Assembly: GCA_947478845.1 (NCBI GenBank)
Contig: CANJXC010000003.1
Location: forward strand, 246,004 to 310,003
Length of the DNA stretch: 64,000 nucleotides
Source: Spirochaetales bacterium
GTDB taxonomy: Bacteria > Spirochaetota > Spirochaetia > JABEVK01
Direction of reading: 5' to 3'
Position 1 is the stretch's first letter; each line of letters begins with the position of its first letter. The position numbers were made by a program, and so were the translations under genes. Positions 46,644-55,986 of the stretch are shown in pieces. Below the pieces are notes generated by a model. It worked only from the letters and a program-made list of their open reading frames with translations, was not told the origin of the DNA and did not search any database.

Positions 46644-47528
46644 TTAGGTCAATAGTTCGCCTAGGCGGGTCCGCAAGGAGTTCATGGAACCCACGTACTC
46701 GAGTCCTGCGTCGGAAAGGGTTTGGGAGCTCTCCCGGTCGATTCGTCCTCCGAAGAACACGGGAATAAACGCTGGGGTTAGGCGCCTCACAAGGATGGCT
46801 TCGGCCACGGCCTGAACCATGGTCCCGGCGGCTTTCGCGGTGAGCAAAATGCAATACACCACCGCCTTGGCCTTCATGCTCACAGCGGCAAAGGCAAGTT
46901 CTTCAGCCGGGGTGCCAGGGCTGAAGCGCACCGGTCGCCAACCTGCAGAAGTGGCATGAATGGCCGAACCGAGCTGGCCTGGTTCATGTTCGAAACCAGC
47001 AGGGCTTCCGATCACTACGTTGGGAGCATTTTCTGAACGCTTGCCTGAGGCATCCACCAGCGCCAGCAGGTCCCGCAATCGTGCTTGGGCAAACGAGAGG
47101 TGAACTTGGCCCAAACGTCCTTCGGCAATGGCGAGCTTGACCCCGCTGACAAAGGGAAAAACAAAACCATCAATGAAATCCAGTCGCCCAAAAGCTTTGA
47201 GCGCTCGCTGCAGTTCCTGATCCAACAACACCGCGTCGAGCAGGGCGAGGTAAGACACAGCCTTGTCCACCGTCGATACACCGGTTTGCTTACTCGATAG
47301 TTCCTTGAGTTCAGCCAAGGGAAGCATTGCGATCGATCCTATGGAATGGCCGGCAGCGCGGGCCGTGGCCAGCAACTCAAGTCGCAACAATTGCTCGGTA
47401 GAATAACGCCGTTGTCCTGAGGCATTGCGAAGCGGTCGCACCGCAGCGTAACGGTTTTCCCAAGCCCTCAATACGTGAACTGATAGTCCCGTTCGTAGCG
47501 ATACAAAACGTATTGGGTATTCACTCAT
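46644..47528 (-). CDS. MerR-family regulator with B12-binding-like domain (CarH/LitR-like)
   Basis: HVLRAWENRY...PLRNASGQRRYS, GHSIG, helical cap, Rossmann-like domain with EHEPG, FFGG. Confidence 0.82.
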   Translation of the reverse strand: MSEYPIRFVSLRTGLSVHVLRAWENRYAAVRPLRNASGQRRYSTEQLLRLELLATARAAGHSIGSIAMLPLAELKELSSKQTGVSTVDKAVSYLALLDAVLLDQELQRALKAFGRLDFIDGFVFPFVSGVKLAIAEGRLGQVHLSFAQARLRDLLALVDASGKRSENAPNVVIGSPAGFEHEPGQLGSAIHATSAGWRPVRFSPGTPAEELAFAAVSMKAKAVVYCILLTAKAAGTMVQAVAEAILVRRLTPAFIPVFFGGRIDRESSQTLSDAGLEYVGSMNSLRTRLGELLT

Positions 47529-47575
47529 TTTTACCTTATACCGCCCTTTCAGGGTGAGGGTCAAAGGGTTAAGGC

Positions 47576-47641
47576 TGTCTAACAAAGGCTAACAGGTTTG
47601 TTAGATACAAGCTTGACGGCTCAATGAAGGAGGTTTATCGT
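47576..47641 (+). promoter_or_regulatory. Inverted-repeat operator next to the rhodopsin promoter
   Basis: TCTAACAAA-N10-TTTGTTAGA (47578-47605); TTGACG(47613)-17 bp-TATCGT(47636). Confidence 0.6.
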
Positions 47642-47705
47642 TCTGGTTACCCTGCGGAACGAGACGTTTGTCGAGAAACCGCAAAATAGATTAAGGAGGA
47701 TTTCA

Positions 47706-48533
47706 GTGCTCAGTCTTGATTTTGCCCAATACCAGACCGTTTATAACGTTCTGTCGTTCGGCTTGGCCTCAATGGGGGCCACTCTTGTGTTCCTTATGGC
47801 GGTTCAGGGCCGTGTTTTGCCCCGCTACCGTCAGGCCTTGGTAGTGTCGGCTATCGTTTGTCTGATTGCCGCTTATCACTACATCCGTATTTTCAATTCC
47901 TTCACCGAAGCCTACGTGGCCAAGGATGCGGGAGCTGCGGTGAGCGCCGTCGGTGCCGTGAGCTATTTCCTGGTCAATGGCCCCGGCTTCAACGAAGCTT
48001 ACCGCTACATTGACTGGCTCCTCACCGTGCCTCTGCTCTTGTTCGAAACCATTGCCGTCTTGGCCTTGGCGCCTGCGCTCCGGTCGAACCTGATGTGGAA
48101 GTTGATCCCTGCTGCTGCCTTGATGATCGTTTTGGGCTATCCCGGCGAGATTTCGTTGGATAACACAGTTCGCGCCATCTGGGGTGCCTTGTCGACTATC
48201 CCGTTCCTCTACATTCTCTACGTTCTGTGGGTTGAGCTCGGACGCTCTCAAGCCTCACAGCCGGAACAGGTCCGCAAAGACCTCAACGTGCTGCGGTTGC
48301 TGCTCTTGGCCACCTGGGGTGTTTACCCGATCGCTTACCTCATGCCTCAGCTGGGCTTCAGCGGAGCCGACGCCTTCGTGTACAAGCAAGTGGGCTACTC
48401 CGTCGCCGACGTGCTGGCCAAGTGTCTGTTCGGGCTCTTGATTTACAAGATCGCCCGCGAGAAGAGCTTCCATGACGACCATGCCTTCGCCGATCAGGAA
48501 GTCAAGGCCGCTCCTTCCTCCGAGTCGAAATAA
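47706..48533 (+). CDS. Microbial rhodopsin, xanthorhodopsin/actinorhodopsin-like DTE proton pump
   Basis: 7 TM helices; AAYHY; RYIDWLLTVPLLLFE (D-T-E); LGYPGE; WGALSTIPF; WGVYP; DVLAK retinal lysine; AAGGAGG RBS. Confidence 0.95.
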   Translation: MLSLDFAQYQTVYNVLSFGLASMGATLVFLMAVQGRVLPRYRQALVVSAIVCLIAAYHYIRIFNSFTEAYVAKDAGAAVSAVGAVSYFLVNGPGFNEAYRYIDWLLTVPLLLFETIAVLALAPALRSNLMWKLIPAAALMIVLGYPGEISLDNTVRAIWGALSTIPFLYILYVLWVELGRSQASQPEQVRKDLNVLRLLLLATWGVYPIAYLMPQLGFSGADAFVYKQVGYSVADVLAKCLFGLLIYKIAREKSFHDDHAFADQEVKAAPSSESK

Positions 48534-48570
48534 CTGCTCGGGCTTTCGAACAAAAGGTTTGGACTTAGCT

Positions 48571-48603
48571 AGAAGGCGGGTGCTACGGCACCCGCCTTCT
48601 TTT
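48571..48603 (+). terminator. Intrinsic terminator after the rhodopsin gene
   Basis: AGAAGGCGGGTGC-TACG-GCACCCGCCTTCT followed by TTT. Confidence 0.9.
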
Positions 48604-48666
48604 ATTCACCACTTCCATTGCCGTCAATAAGTGCTCCCTAGGCTAGCGACTCTTCATCAGTTCTGC

Positions 48667-48680
48667 TAGAATCGTTTCGA
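48667..48680. promoter_or_regulatory. LacI-type operator (autoregulatory)
   Basis: TAGAATCGTTTCGA, a variant of TCGAAACGTTTCGA. Confidence 0.6.
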
Positions 48681-48704
48681 GTGTGATCCGCAAGGAGCTT
48701 TTCT

Positions 48705-49709
48705 GTGACTACCATTAAGGATATCGCCAAGCGAGCTGGCGTATCTATTTCTACCGTTTCCTACTCGCTCAATGGGATTCCGAAGGTCAATCCGGAAAAA
48801 CGGGATAGAATTCTGGCCCTTGCCAAGGAAATGGGCTATTACCCCAACAAGCAGGCCCGCAACCTAAAAATGGGATCTTCCCGACGTATTGGTGTGTTTA
48901 CCAATGAACTGGGAAGTTCGTGCCTCGGTGCCATCATGCGGGGCATTCAGGAGGCCTTGTCTGGGTACGACTACGACGTCCTTGTGGCCACCGTGAGCCG
49001 GAATAACAAAGACCGTGCGTACCGTCTGCTGCGAGAAAAATGGCTGGATGGCGCCATCATGCACAACTCCGCCGACATTGACCTCGATTTGCTCCAAACT
49101 GCCGGCGAAATCTGTCCCTTGGTGTTGATGGACCGGGAGCCTAACCTCGACGTACTTGGAATTAGCAACATCTGCACGATGACGATCGATAACGAGTTTG
49201 CCACAAAAGAGCTCACCGAGCGCTTGGTCGCCAACGGCAGAAAAAAGTTCCTTTTTCTCGGAGGAACTCATGGCTCTTACGACAACCTAATGAGGTTTGA
49301 GGCCTTCCGAAAAGTGCTGCAAGGCGCAGGAATCCTCTTTGATCCCTCGTGGTACGTAGAGGGGAACTTTACTGAGGCGTTGGGCTATTCCCAAATGGTC
49401 GCGGCCCTCGGCCAGGGAAAAGTTCCCGATGCCGTGGTAAGCGCCAACGATGAAATGGCTATCGGTGCCCTGTTGGCCCTCGCAGAACGCGGTTTGCGTG
49501 TGCCTCAAGATGTCGCAGTAACCGGATTTGACGATAACGAGTTTGCCCGGCACTGCGCACCCCCCTTAACCACCGTATTCTACGACCGAGTAGGTATGGG
49601 CGCGAAGTCTGTCCATGCCTTGATGGACATGCTCCAAGGAAAGAATGAGAACCATCAGATTCTCATCCCCACACAGTTGGTGCTACGGAGCTCCTGCGGT
49701 ACCGCCTAA
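48705..49709 (+). CDS. LacI-family regulator
   Basis: TIKDIAKRAGVSISTVS, NDEMAIG, VPQDVAVTGFDD, PPLTTV, LVLRSS. Confidence 0.95.
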   Translation: MTTIKDIAKRAGVSISTVSYSLNGIPKVNPEKRDRILALAKEMGYYPNKQARNLKMGSSRRIGVFTNELGSSCLGAIMRGIQEALSGYDYDVLVATVSRNNKDRAYRLLREKWLDGAIMHNSADIDLDLLQTAGEICPLVLMDREPNLDVLGISNICTMTIDNEFATKELTERLVANGRKKFLFLGGTHGSYDNLMRFEAFRKVLQGAGILFDPSWYVEGNFTEALGYSQMVAALGQGKVPDAVVSANDEMAIGALLALAERGLRVPQDVAVTGFDDNEFARHCAPPLTTVFYDRVGMGAKSVHALMDMLQGKNENHQILIPTQLVLRSSCGTA

Positions 49710-49718
49710 CGAAAAACA

Positions 49719-49747
49719 TTGACAGACCAAATCGAAACGTTTAACCT
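49719..49747 (+). promoter_or_regulatory. Sigma70 promoter with overlapping LacI-type operator
   Basis: TTGACA(49719)-17 bp-TAACCT; TCGAAACGTTT at 49732. Confidence 0.7.
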
Positions 49748-49764
49748 AGCCACGAGGTGAAACT

Positions 49765-51219
49765 GTGAACCCCGATTTCAAAGGCCATTGGATCCACGGA
49801 CGTGAACAACCTTCTCTAGCTGGCGAAAGCTTTGACGTGTTTGATCCCGGTAATGGCGAGCTTGTGGGTAAAGCTGCCCGAGGCCGGGACGCCGATGTGA
49901 CAGCCGCGATTGCCAGCTCCCGTGCCGCATTTCGCTCTCGTGAATGGGCGAATGTTGACGCTCTCGTGCGGGGACGGTGGCTTGCCAAGCTCGGGCAGTT
50001 GCTCGAACGTGATAAGGACCGCCTAGCCACGCTTTTGGCCCGCGAAAATGGTAAACCACTGGGCGACGCTCTGGGCGAAATAGGCGTAGCAGCCCGTTAC
50101 TGCGAGTTTTTTGCCGGTTGGGCCGACAAACTCGACGGCCGCGAGATTCCACTCCCCGAGGGAAACTTCGCCGTCACGCGACGGGAACCCGTAGGCGTTG
50201 TGGCTCATATCATCCCGTGGAACTACCCATTAGACATCCTCTTGAGGGGCGCCGCGCCGTGTTTGGCTGCTGGGTGCACGGTGATTGCCAAGCCTGCCGA
50301 AGACACGCCGCTGGGCGCTGTCGAAGTCGCCCGGTTGGCTACCGAGGCCGGATTTCCCGATGGCGTGTTTAATGTCGTGTTGGGGTTCGGCCCCGAGGCT
50401 GGGCAAGCCCTGGTGTCTTCTCCTGAACTCGATGGAGTAGTTTTTTGCGGTTCCGCAGAAGTGGGTGTGCAGGTGCTTCATTCCACGGCCAAGAATCTTG
50501 TGCCGGTTCTTTCCTTGGAGCTTGGGGGAAAAGCCCCTTGCTTGGTCTTAGCAGATGGAGATGCCGAAAAGGCTGCGGCCGGGTGCGCGGGCGGCTTGGT
50601 TCACAATTCCGGTCAGTCTTGCGGTTTGCGCTCGCGCCTTATCATTCCGGCGTCGAGCTTGCCCCGTGTGCTTGGCGTACTTAAAGCGCGGTTGGGCGGT
50701 GTGAAGCTCGGCCACTCGATGTCCAAACCCCAAATGGGTCCTCTGGTCAACCTGAAGCAGAGGAAAAAAGTCCTCGACGCCATCGCCCGTGGGAAGCAAG
50801 AAGGTGCCCATTTGGAGTTTGGGGGCGAAGTTCCCGACGGTAGCCTGGCTGCTGGAAGTTTCCTGACTCCAGCCGTTTTTTCGGCAGTTCAGCCGTCTAT
50901 GTCGCTGGCGAAAGAAGAGATTTTTGGACCCGTACTCAGTATTCTGTGCTACCCCGACGGTGACGAAGAGGCCGGCTTGGCGCTGGCCAACGACTCTGTC
51001 TATGGCTTGTCGGCCGAACTATGGACTTCCGACCCGGGGCGCGCCATCGCCTTTGCCAGGCGCCTTAACGCTAGCCATGTCACCATCAACGGATCAGGTG
51101 GTTTCGGCCTTGAAGTTCCCTTCGGTGGTGTTGGGCAAAGTGGTTTTGGGCGTGAAGGCGGCCTCGAGAGTCTGTTGCCCTATACCCGGGTCAAAAGCCT
51201 GTTTCTCAAGACAAGTTGA
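49765..51219 (+). CDS. NAD(P)-dependent aldehyde dehydrogenase
   Basis: IPWNYP, KPAEDTP, LELGGK, NSGQSC, EEIFGP, PFGG.GQSGFGRE. Confidence 0.93.
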   Translation: MNPDFKGHWIHGREQPSLAGESFDVFDPGNGELVGKAARGRDADVTAAIASSRAAFRSREWANVDALVRGRWLAKLGQLLERDKDRLATLLARENGKPLGDALGEIGVAARYCEFFAGWADKLDGREIPLPEGNFAVTRREPVGVVAHIIPWNYPLDILLRGAAPCLAAGCTVIAKPAEDTPLGAVEVARLATEAGFPDGVFNVVLGFGPEAGQALVSSPELDGVVFCGSAEVGVQVLHSTAKNLVPVLSLELGGKAPCLVLADGDAEKAAAGCAGGLVHNSGQSCGLRSRLIIPASSLPRVLGVLKARLGGVKLGHSMSKPQMGPLVNLKQRKKVLDAIARGKQEGAHLEFGGEVPDGSLAAGSFLTPAVFSAVQPSMSLAKEEIFGPVLSILCYPDGDEEAGLALANDSVYGLSAELWTSDPGRAIAFARRLNASHVTINGSGGFGLEVPFGGVGQSGFGREGGLESLLPYTRVKSLFLKTS

Positions 51220-51268
51220 GAGCCAATAGTCCGGAGATGGCTAGGACAGACACTCCGAACGAATTTTG

Positions 51269-51313
51269 TTGACAGATTTCCGAAACGTTTCTATCATGCT
51301 AGAAACGTTTCGA
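51269..51313 (+). promoter_or_regulatory. Sigma70 promoter with tandem LacI-type operators
   Basis: TTGACA(51269)-17 bp-TATCAT(51292); GAAACGTTTC cores within 51280-51293 and 51300-51313. Confidence 0.85.
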
Positions 51314-51334
51314 AGACACCGCAAAGGAAAAGAA

Positions 51335-52039
51335 ATGGACGGATTTCAAGGTAAACGAATTGTCTTGACTGGTGCTTCCCGCGGCGTCGGTTTTGAGGCA
51401 GCCAAACTCTTTCTGGCGGCCGGCGCAGAAATAATAGGAACCGGACGTGACCCAGAGCGTTTGAAAAAGGCCACAGGAGATTTGCAGAAAATCGGCAAGT
51501 TCTATCCCGTCTTGGCAGATTTTGACAATCCGACGGCTCCGTCTGCGGTGGCCGCAGAGGTAAGCGCGCGCTGGCCCGCCCTCGATATGCTTTTGAATAA
51601 CGCCGCCGTGCAAACCTACAAAAAGGATTGGGCGGGCGAGGGATTGGAGTTGTTGAACCAGCAATGGCGTTGCAACGTTTTCGCACCCCACGAGTTGATC
51701 TTTCATTTGGTAGGTTTGCTGGAAAAAGGCGATCAGCCCCGTATTGTGAATGTTAGTTCGGGCGCGGGCAATGTCCAGGCGCTGCGCACGTCGTCTGACA
51801 TGCCGACCTATCGGCTTACCAAATATGCGATGGGAGGTATGACCATCCTTTGGGCCACAACCCTGAAAGGCAAAGTCGCCGTGAACTGCTTGGATCCTGG
51901 CTGGTTGAAGACCGACCTAGGGGGCCCGAATGCCCCTGGAGTTCCCGCCGATGGTGGCCAAAGAATGTGGGAAATCTGCTCTTTGCCATGGACGGAAACC
52001 GGGAAGTTCTGGTACGGCAACAAGGAGATTTCCTTTTGA
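51335..52039 (+). CDS. Short-chain dehydrogenase/reductase
   Basis: TGASRGVG, LNNAA, NVSSG, YRLTK, DPGWLKTD. Confidence 0.92.
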   Translation: MDGFQGKRIVLTGASRGVGFEAAKLFLAAGAEIIGTGRDPERLKKATGDLQKIGKFYPVLADFDNPTAPSAVAAEVSARWPALDMLLNNAAVQTYKKDWAGEGLELLNQQWRCNVFAPHELIFHLVGLLEKGDQPRIVNVSSGAGNVQALRTSSDMPTYRLTKYAMGGMTILWATTLKGKVAVNCLDPGWLKTDLGGPNAPGVPADGGQRMWEICSLPWTETGKFWYGNKEISF

Positions 52040-52515
52040 ACGCACCAACTACCTTCGCCGACTGCCTCGCGCAGGAAGACGAGCTATTGCTAGAAAACTT
52101 TTCGCAACGCAATGCGATGGAAATTGGCCTGGCCGTGATAGAAGCCGCGCTCGAGCTCACGGGCAAACCAATTGCCGTCCACGTTCAAAATCACGACCAT
52201 CCGCTGTTCACGCATTTCATGGATGGCACTGGCCCGGTGAATTGGGACTGGATCGGTAAAAAGAGCAGGGTAGTTCACGTTGTTGGACACAGTTCATGGG
52301 GCGTCGGAATTGACTACCGTGAGAGAGGACTGAACTTCAACGAAGTGACCAGACTTGATCCCGAACTGTTCCGCGCGGAAGGGGGCTCCATTCCATTAAT
52401 CGTCCGGAATCACGGCTGTGTGGGTAGCGTGACGGTTTCGGGCCTTTTGGGTGATGAAGACCACGAAGTAGCCGTTGAGGGCCTCCGTCGATGGCTCAAA
52501 ACTACTAAAAAATAA
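52036..52515 (+). CDS. Heme-binding GlcG/HbpS-like (UPF0303) protein
   Basis: NWDWIGKKSRVV, EGGSIPL, GSVTVSGL..DEDH; TTG overlaps the SDR stop. Confidence 0.8.
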   Translation: MNAPTTFADCLAQEDELLLENFSQRNAMEIGLAVIEAALELTGKPIAVHVQNHDHPLFTHFMDGTGPVNWDWIGKKSRVVHVVGHSSWGVGIDYRERGLNFNEVTRLDPELFRAEGGSIPLIVRNHGCVGSVTVSGLLGDEDHEVAVEGLRRWLKTTKK

Positions 52516-52522
52516 CAAAATA

Positions 52523-52536
52523 TCGAAACGTTTCGA
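52523..52536. promoter_or_regulatory. Perfect LacI-type operator
   Basis: TCGAAACGTTTCGA palindrome just before the ABC permease RBS. Confidence 0.8.
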
Positions 52537-52551
52537 AAATGGGAGGTTGCC

Positions 52552-53481
52552 TTGGTTGCGAATATTGCTCCACCAAAACGGATTAAAAAAGCCAATTGGG
52601 GCTTGCTGGTGATGATGGTCCCTGGGTTTGTAGCCCTGTTCGCCTTCAGCATCCTCCCCATGTTTGGTATTTTCATCGCCTTCAAGAACATTGACTACGA
52701 AAAGGGACTTCTCGGAAGCGACTGGGTTGGTCTCGACAACTTCCAGTTCTTTGTAGCGACGCCCGACGCCTTCGTGATCACCTTCAACACGATTGCCTAT
52801 AACTTGGTATTTCTCGCAGTCGGGACCGCTGCTGCTCTTGCGGTGGCACTTGGACTGGAGAATCTGCGGGCAAAAAAGGCCACAAGGTTCTACCAGGCCA
52901 TCATGTTTTTGCCCTATTTCCTTTCTTGGGTGGTAGTGAGCAACCTCGTGTTCGCCCTGTTGTCGGTCGATCAGGGAGTATTCAACCGTCAGATTGTCCA
53001 ACCCCTCGGCGGCGAGGAGATCTATTGGTACAACCGGCCCGAACTCTGGCCCTACATTCTGACGTTTGCCAACCTTTGGAAGTACGTAGGCTACACCAGC
53101 GTGATTTATCTCGCTGCCATGATGAGCATCGACCCGGGCTACATCGAGGCCGCTTCGCTGGAGGGGGCAAACCGGTCCCAAATCGTCAGGCGCATCATCC
53201 TTCCGCTGATTTCGAACGTCATCATCATTCTGGTGCTCCTGCAGATCGGCAAGATCTTCTTCTCGGACTTTGGACTCTTCTACAACGTGACCATGAACAT
53301 GGGTTCGCTATTTCCGACAACGCAGACCATAGATACCTACGTTTACCGAACTCTGATGAACATGGGTGATCTGGGAATGTCGTCGGCGGCCGGTCTGTAC
53401 CAGTCCGTTGTTGGCTTCGTGATTGTTGTTTTGGCCAATCTGGTCGTCAAAAAAATCGACCCAGAAAAGAGTCTGTTCTAA
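52552..53481 (+). CDS. Carbohydrate ABC permease (LplB-like)
   Basis: WVGLDNF, LPYFLSWVVV, EAASLEGA, IDTYVY, AAGLYQS. Confidence 0.93.
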   Translation: MVANIAPPKRIKKANWGLLVMMVPGFVALFAFSILPMFGIFIAFKNIDYEKGLLGSDWVGLDNFQFFVATPDAFVITFNTIAYNLVFLAVGTAAALAVALGLENLRAKKATRFYQAIMFLPYFLSWVVVSNLVFALLSVDQGVFNRQIVQPLGGEEIYWYNRPELWPYILTFANLWKYVGYTSVIYLAAMMSIDPGYIEAASLEGANRSQIVRRIILPLISNVIIILVLLQIGKIFFSDFGLFYNVTMNMGSLFPTTQTIDTYVYRTLMNMGDLGMSSAAGLYQSVVGFVIVVLANLVVKKIDPEKSLF

Positions 53482-53491
53482 GAGGATTTCC

Positions 53492-54388
53492 ATGGTAGCC
53501 CGCAAACGCTTTGACCTGTCTACGATTGCCAAACACACCACCTTCCTCGTGCTCTGTTTCCTTTGCCTTTATCCGCTGGCCTTGGTGTTGGGAATCTCGT
53601 TTTCGGACGAATTGGAAATCGCAAAAAGTGGGTTCAGCGCTATTCCCGTGAAGTTCAGCACTAAGGCCTACGAGTTTCTCTTCACTTCAGCTGATACCGT
53701 TATTCGCGCCTATGCGCTCACCATTTTTGTCACCGTCGTGGGCACGGCGGTCAGTACGCTCATCATCGCTATGTTCGCTTATCCCCTTTCGCGCAAGGAC
53801 TTCCGGGAGAGAAAGTTCTTTAACGGCACCATCATTCTCACGATGCTGTTCAGCGGCGGGTTGATTCCTTGGTTCATGGTGTGTGTCAACGTTCTGCACA
53901 TTAACGACACCGTTTTGGCGTTGATTCTCCCCTACCTCATGAGCCCCTGGTACGTGGTCATCATGCGAACCTTCTTCAAGTCCAGCATTCCCGATTCCAT
54001 TGTTGAATCGGCCAAAATGGACGGTGCAGGCGAACTGAAGATTTTCTTCTCGATCGTTATCCATTTGGCCGCGCCGGGGATGGCGACCATCGCTCTTTTC
54101 AACACCATCACCTACTGGAACGACTACTGGATCAACATGACCCTAGTCAACGATCCGATGCTCTACAACCTCCAGTTTCTGATGATGCGGGTGCAAATGA
54201 ACATCCAGTACCTCTCGGCAAATGCCGCCAACCTCGGTGCCGCCTCGGCCGAAATTGTCCGCAACCTACCCTCCCGTTCGGCACAAATGGCCATGACCAT
54301 CATCACCATCGGCCCCATCGTTTTGGCCTACCCGTTCTTCCAGCGTTTCTTTGTGAAAGGAATCACGATTGGATCACTCAAAGAATAG
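53492..54388 (+). CDS. Carbohydrate ABC permease (LplC-like)
   Basis: FSGGLIP, ESAKMDGA, YWNDY, YPFFQRFFVKGITIG. Confidence 0.93.
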   Translation: MVARKRFDLSTIAKHTTFLVLCFLCLYPLALVLGISFSDELEIAKSGFSAIPVKFSTKAYEFLFTSADTVIRAYALTIFVTVVGTAVSTLIIAMFAYPLSRKDFRERKFFNGTIILTMLFSGGLIPWFMVCVNVLHINDTVLALILPYLMSPWYVVIMRTFFKSSIPDSIVESAKMDGAGELKIFFSIVIHLAAPGMATIALFNTITYWNDYWINMTLVNDPMLYNLQFLMMRVQMNIQYLSANAANLGAASAEIVRNLPSRSAQMAMTIITIGPIVLAYPFFQRFFVKGITIGSLKE

Positions 54389-54460
54389 GTAGCGTCTGTT
54401 TCCCATTGGTTTCCAACACGCAGTTTGCGTGTCAAAAAAGATTGTTTCGAGGAGAAAGAG

Positions 54461-55930
54461 ATGAAAAGAGTGAAGACGCTCTTGTCGGTTTTGGCCTTCT
54501 GTATGGCTTCGGCCGTGACCCTGATGGCCGCGCCCTATGAGGTTGTCTGGTACGTGATTGGTAACGGGACACCTCCCGATATCGCCGCAGTGCAAGACGC
54601 CGCCAATAAATACCTGGCGGAAAAGAACATGGATGCAACGTTAAAGTTGGTGACCTTTGATTGGGGAACCTACGACGGCAAGATGCAACAAATTATTGCG
54701 TCGCAGCAGCCATTCGATATCAGCTTCACCGCGAGCTGGACGAACAACTTCCGCCTGAACGCTCAGCGCGGAGCCTTCCTAGATATCACTAAGCTCTCCC
54801 GCGAGTTCGCGCCCAAAACCATGGCCGCCCTTGGCGACAGCTTCGTAAGTGGCTCCGCGATTGCTGGGAAGAACTATGCTATCCCTGCCAACAAGGAAAA
54901 GGCCCATAACTGGGGTTTCTTGATCCGCAAAGACCTGATCGACAAGTACAAACTCGACATCAGCAAGATCAAGAAGTTCGAAGACATTGAGCCTCTGCTC
55001 AAGGTAATCAAAACCAACGAGCCTGAAGTGTACCCGCTCGAGTCGGTAGTGGGTGAAAACCCCGCCCGCCTGCTCGATCCGGACCTCTTTGCGGACGACA
55101 ACCTGGGAATCGGGCTGATGAACACCAACAAGTCGGGCAAGGTGATCTTTTCGCCGGCCACACCCGAGGCCAAGGCACTCTACACCTCGATGCGCAAGTT
55201 TTACTCCGCAGGCTACATCCGCAAGGACGCTGCCGCTGTGACCGACTACAATGCTGACGAAAAGGCAGGCAAAGTTTTCGCCGCCATCAAGTCGCTCAAG
55301 CCTGGAAAAGACGCTGAAGTTTCGCTGGCTACCGGCTATCCTTGGGTGCAAATCGATATCACTCCTGTGGTGATGACCAATCGCGAGACCATCGGTTCGC
55401 TGCAGGCGATCAGTCGCACCTCGAAGAACCCCCAAAAAGCCCTCCAAGTACTAGAGTTGTTCAACAGTGACCTGTACTTCAACAACCTGATCAACTGGGG
55501 CGTGGAAGGCAAGCACTACGTGAAGTCCGACAAAATGGACGCCACGGGAGTTGCCATGATCAAGGCTGGTCCTGACAAGGAAAAGTACAACGTCGGTACC
55601 CCTTGGATGTTTGGTAATACCTTCATCAACTACCTTGATGTGTCTGAGAATCCCAAGAAGGCTCAGATGTTCTTGGACTACAATGCCAAAGCCTTGCCCT
55701 TGAAGAGCCTCGGCTTTGACTTTGACATCAGCAAGGTCAAGAACGAGGTCACCGCCATCAAGAACGTGTGGGCTGAGTTCATGGGTGGCCTGGAAACAGG
55801 TTCCACCGACCCCGCTACCGAATTGCCCAAGGCCCTGACTAAGTTCCAAGCTTCTGGATTAGACAAAGTGGTCGCTGAAGCCCAAAAACAGTACGATGCC
55901 TGGTGCGTCGCGAACAAAGTGAAGTATTGA
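54461..55930 (+). CDS. Carbohydrate ABC substrate-binding protein (DUF3502-type)
   Basis: Signal peptide; RKDL, AISRTSKNP, WGVEGKHY, LGFDFD, GLDKVVAEAQKQ. Confidence 0.9.
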   Translation: MKRVKTLLSVLAFCMASAVTLMAAPYEVVWYVIGNGTPPDIAAVQDAANKYLAEKNMDATLKLVTFDWGTYDGKMQQIIASQQPFDISFTASWTNNFRLNAQRGAFLDITKLSREFAPKTMAALGDSFVSGSAIAGKNYAIPANKEKAHNWGFLIRKDLIDKYKLDISKIKKFEDIEPLLKVIKTNEPEVYPLESVVGENPARLLDPDLFADDNLGIGLMNTNKSGKVIFSPATPEAKALYTSMRKFYSAGYIRKDAAAVTDYNADEKAGKVFAAIKSLKPGKDAEVSLATGYPWVQIDITPVVMTNRETIGSLQAISRTSKNPQKALQVLELFNSDLYFNNLINWGVEGKHYVKSDKMDATGVAMIKAGPDKEKYNVGTPWMFGNTFINYLDVSENPKKAQMFLDYNAKALPLKSLGFDFDISKVKNEVTAIKNVWAEFMGGLETGSTDPATELPKALTKFQASGLDKVVAEAQKQYDAWCVANKVKY

Positions 55931-55938
55931 TTGGAAGA

Positions 55939-55974
55939 AACAGGGTTGCTCGGCCTTACACGGGCAACCCTGTT
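55939..55974 (+). terminator. Intercistronic stem-loop (mRNA stabiliser or partial terminator)
   Basis: AACAGGGTTGC...GCAACCCTGTT after the binding-protein gene; weak U tract. Confidence 0.65.
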
Positions 55975-55986
55975 CAGAGGATTTTT

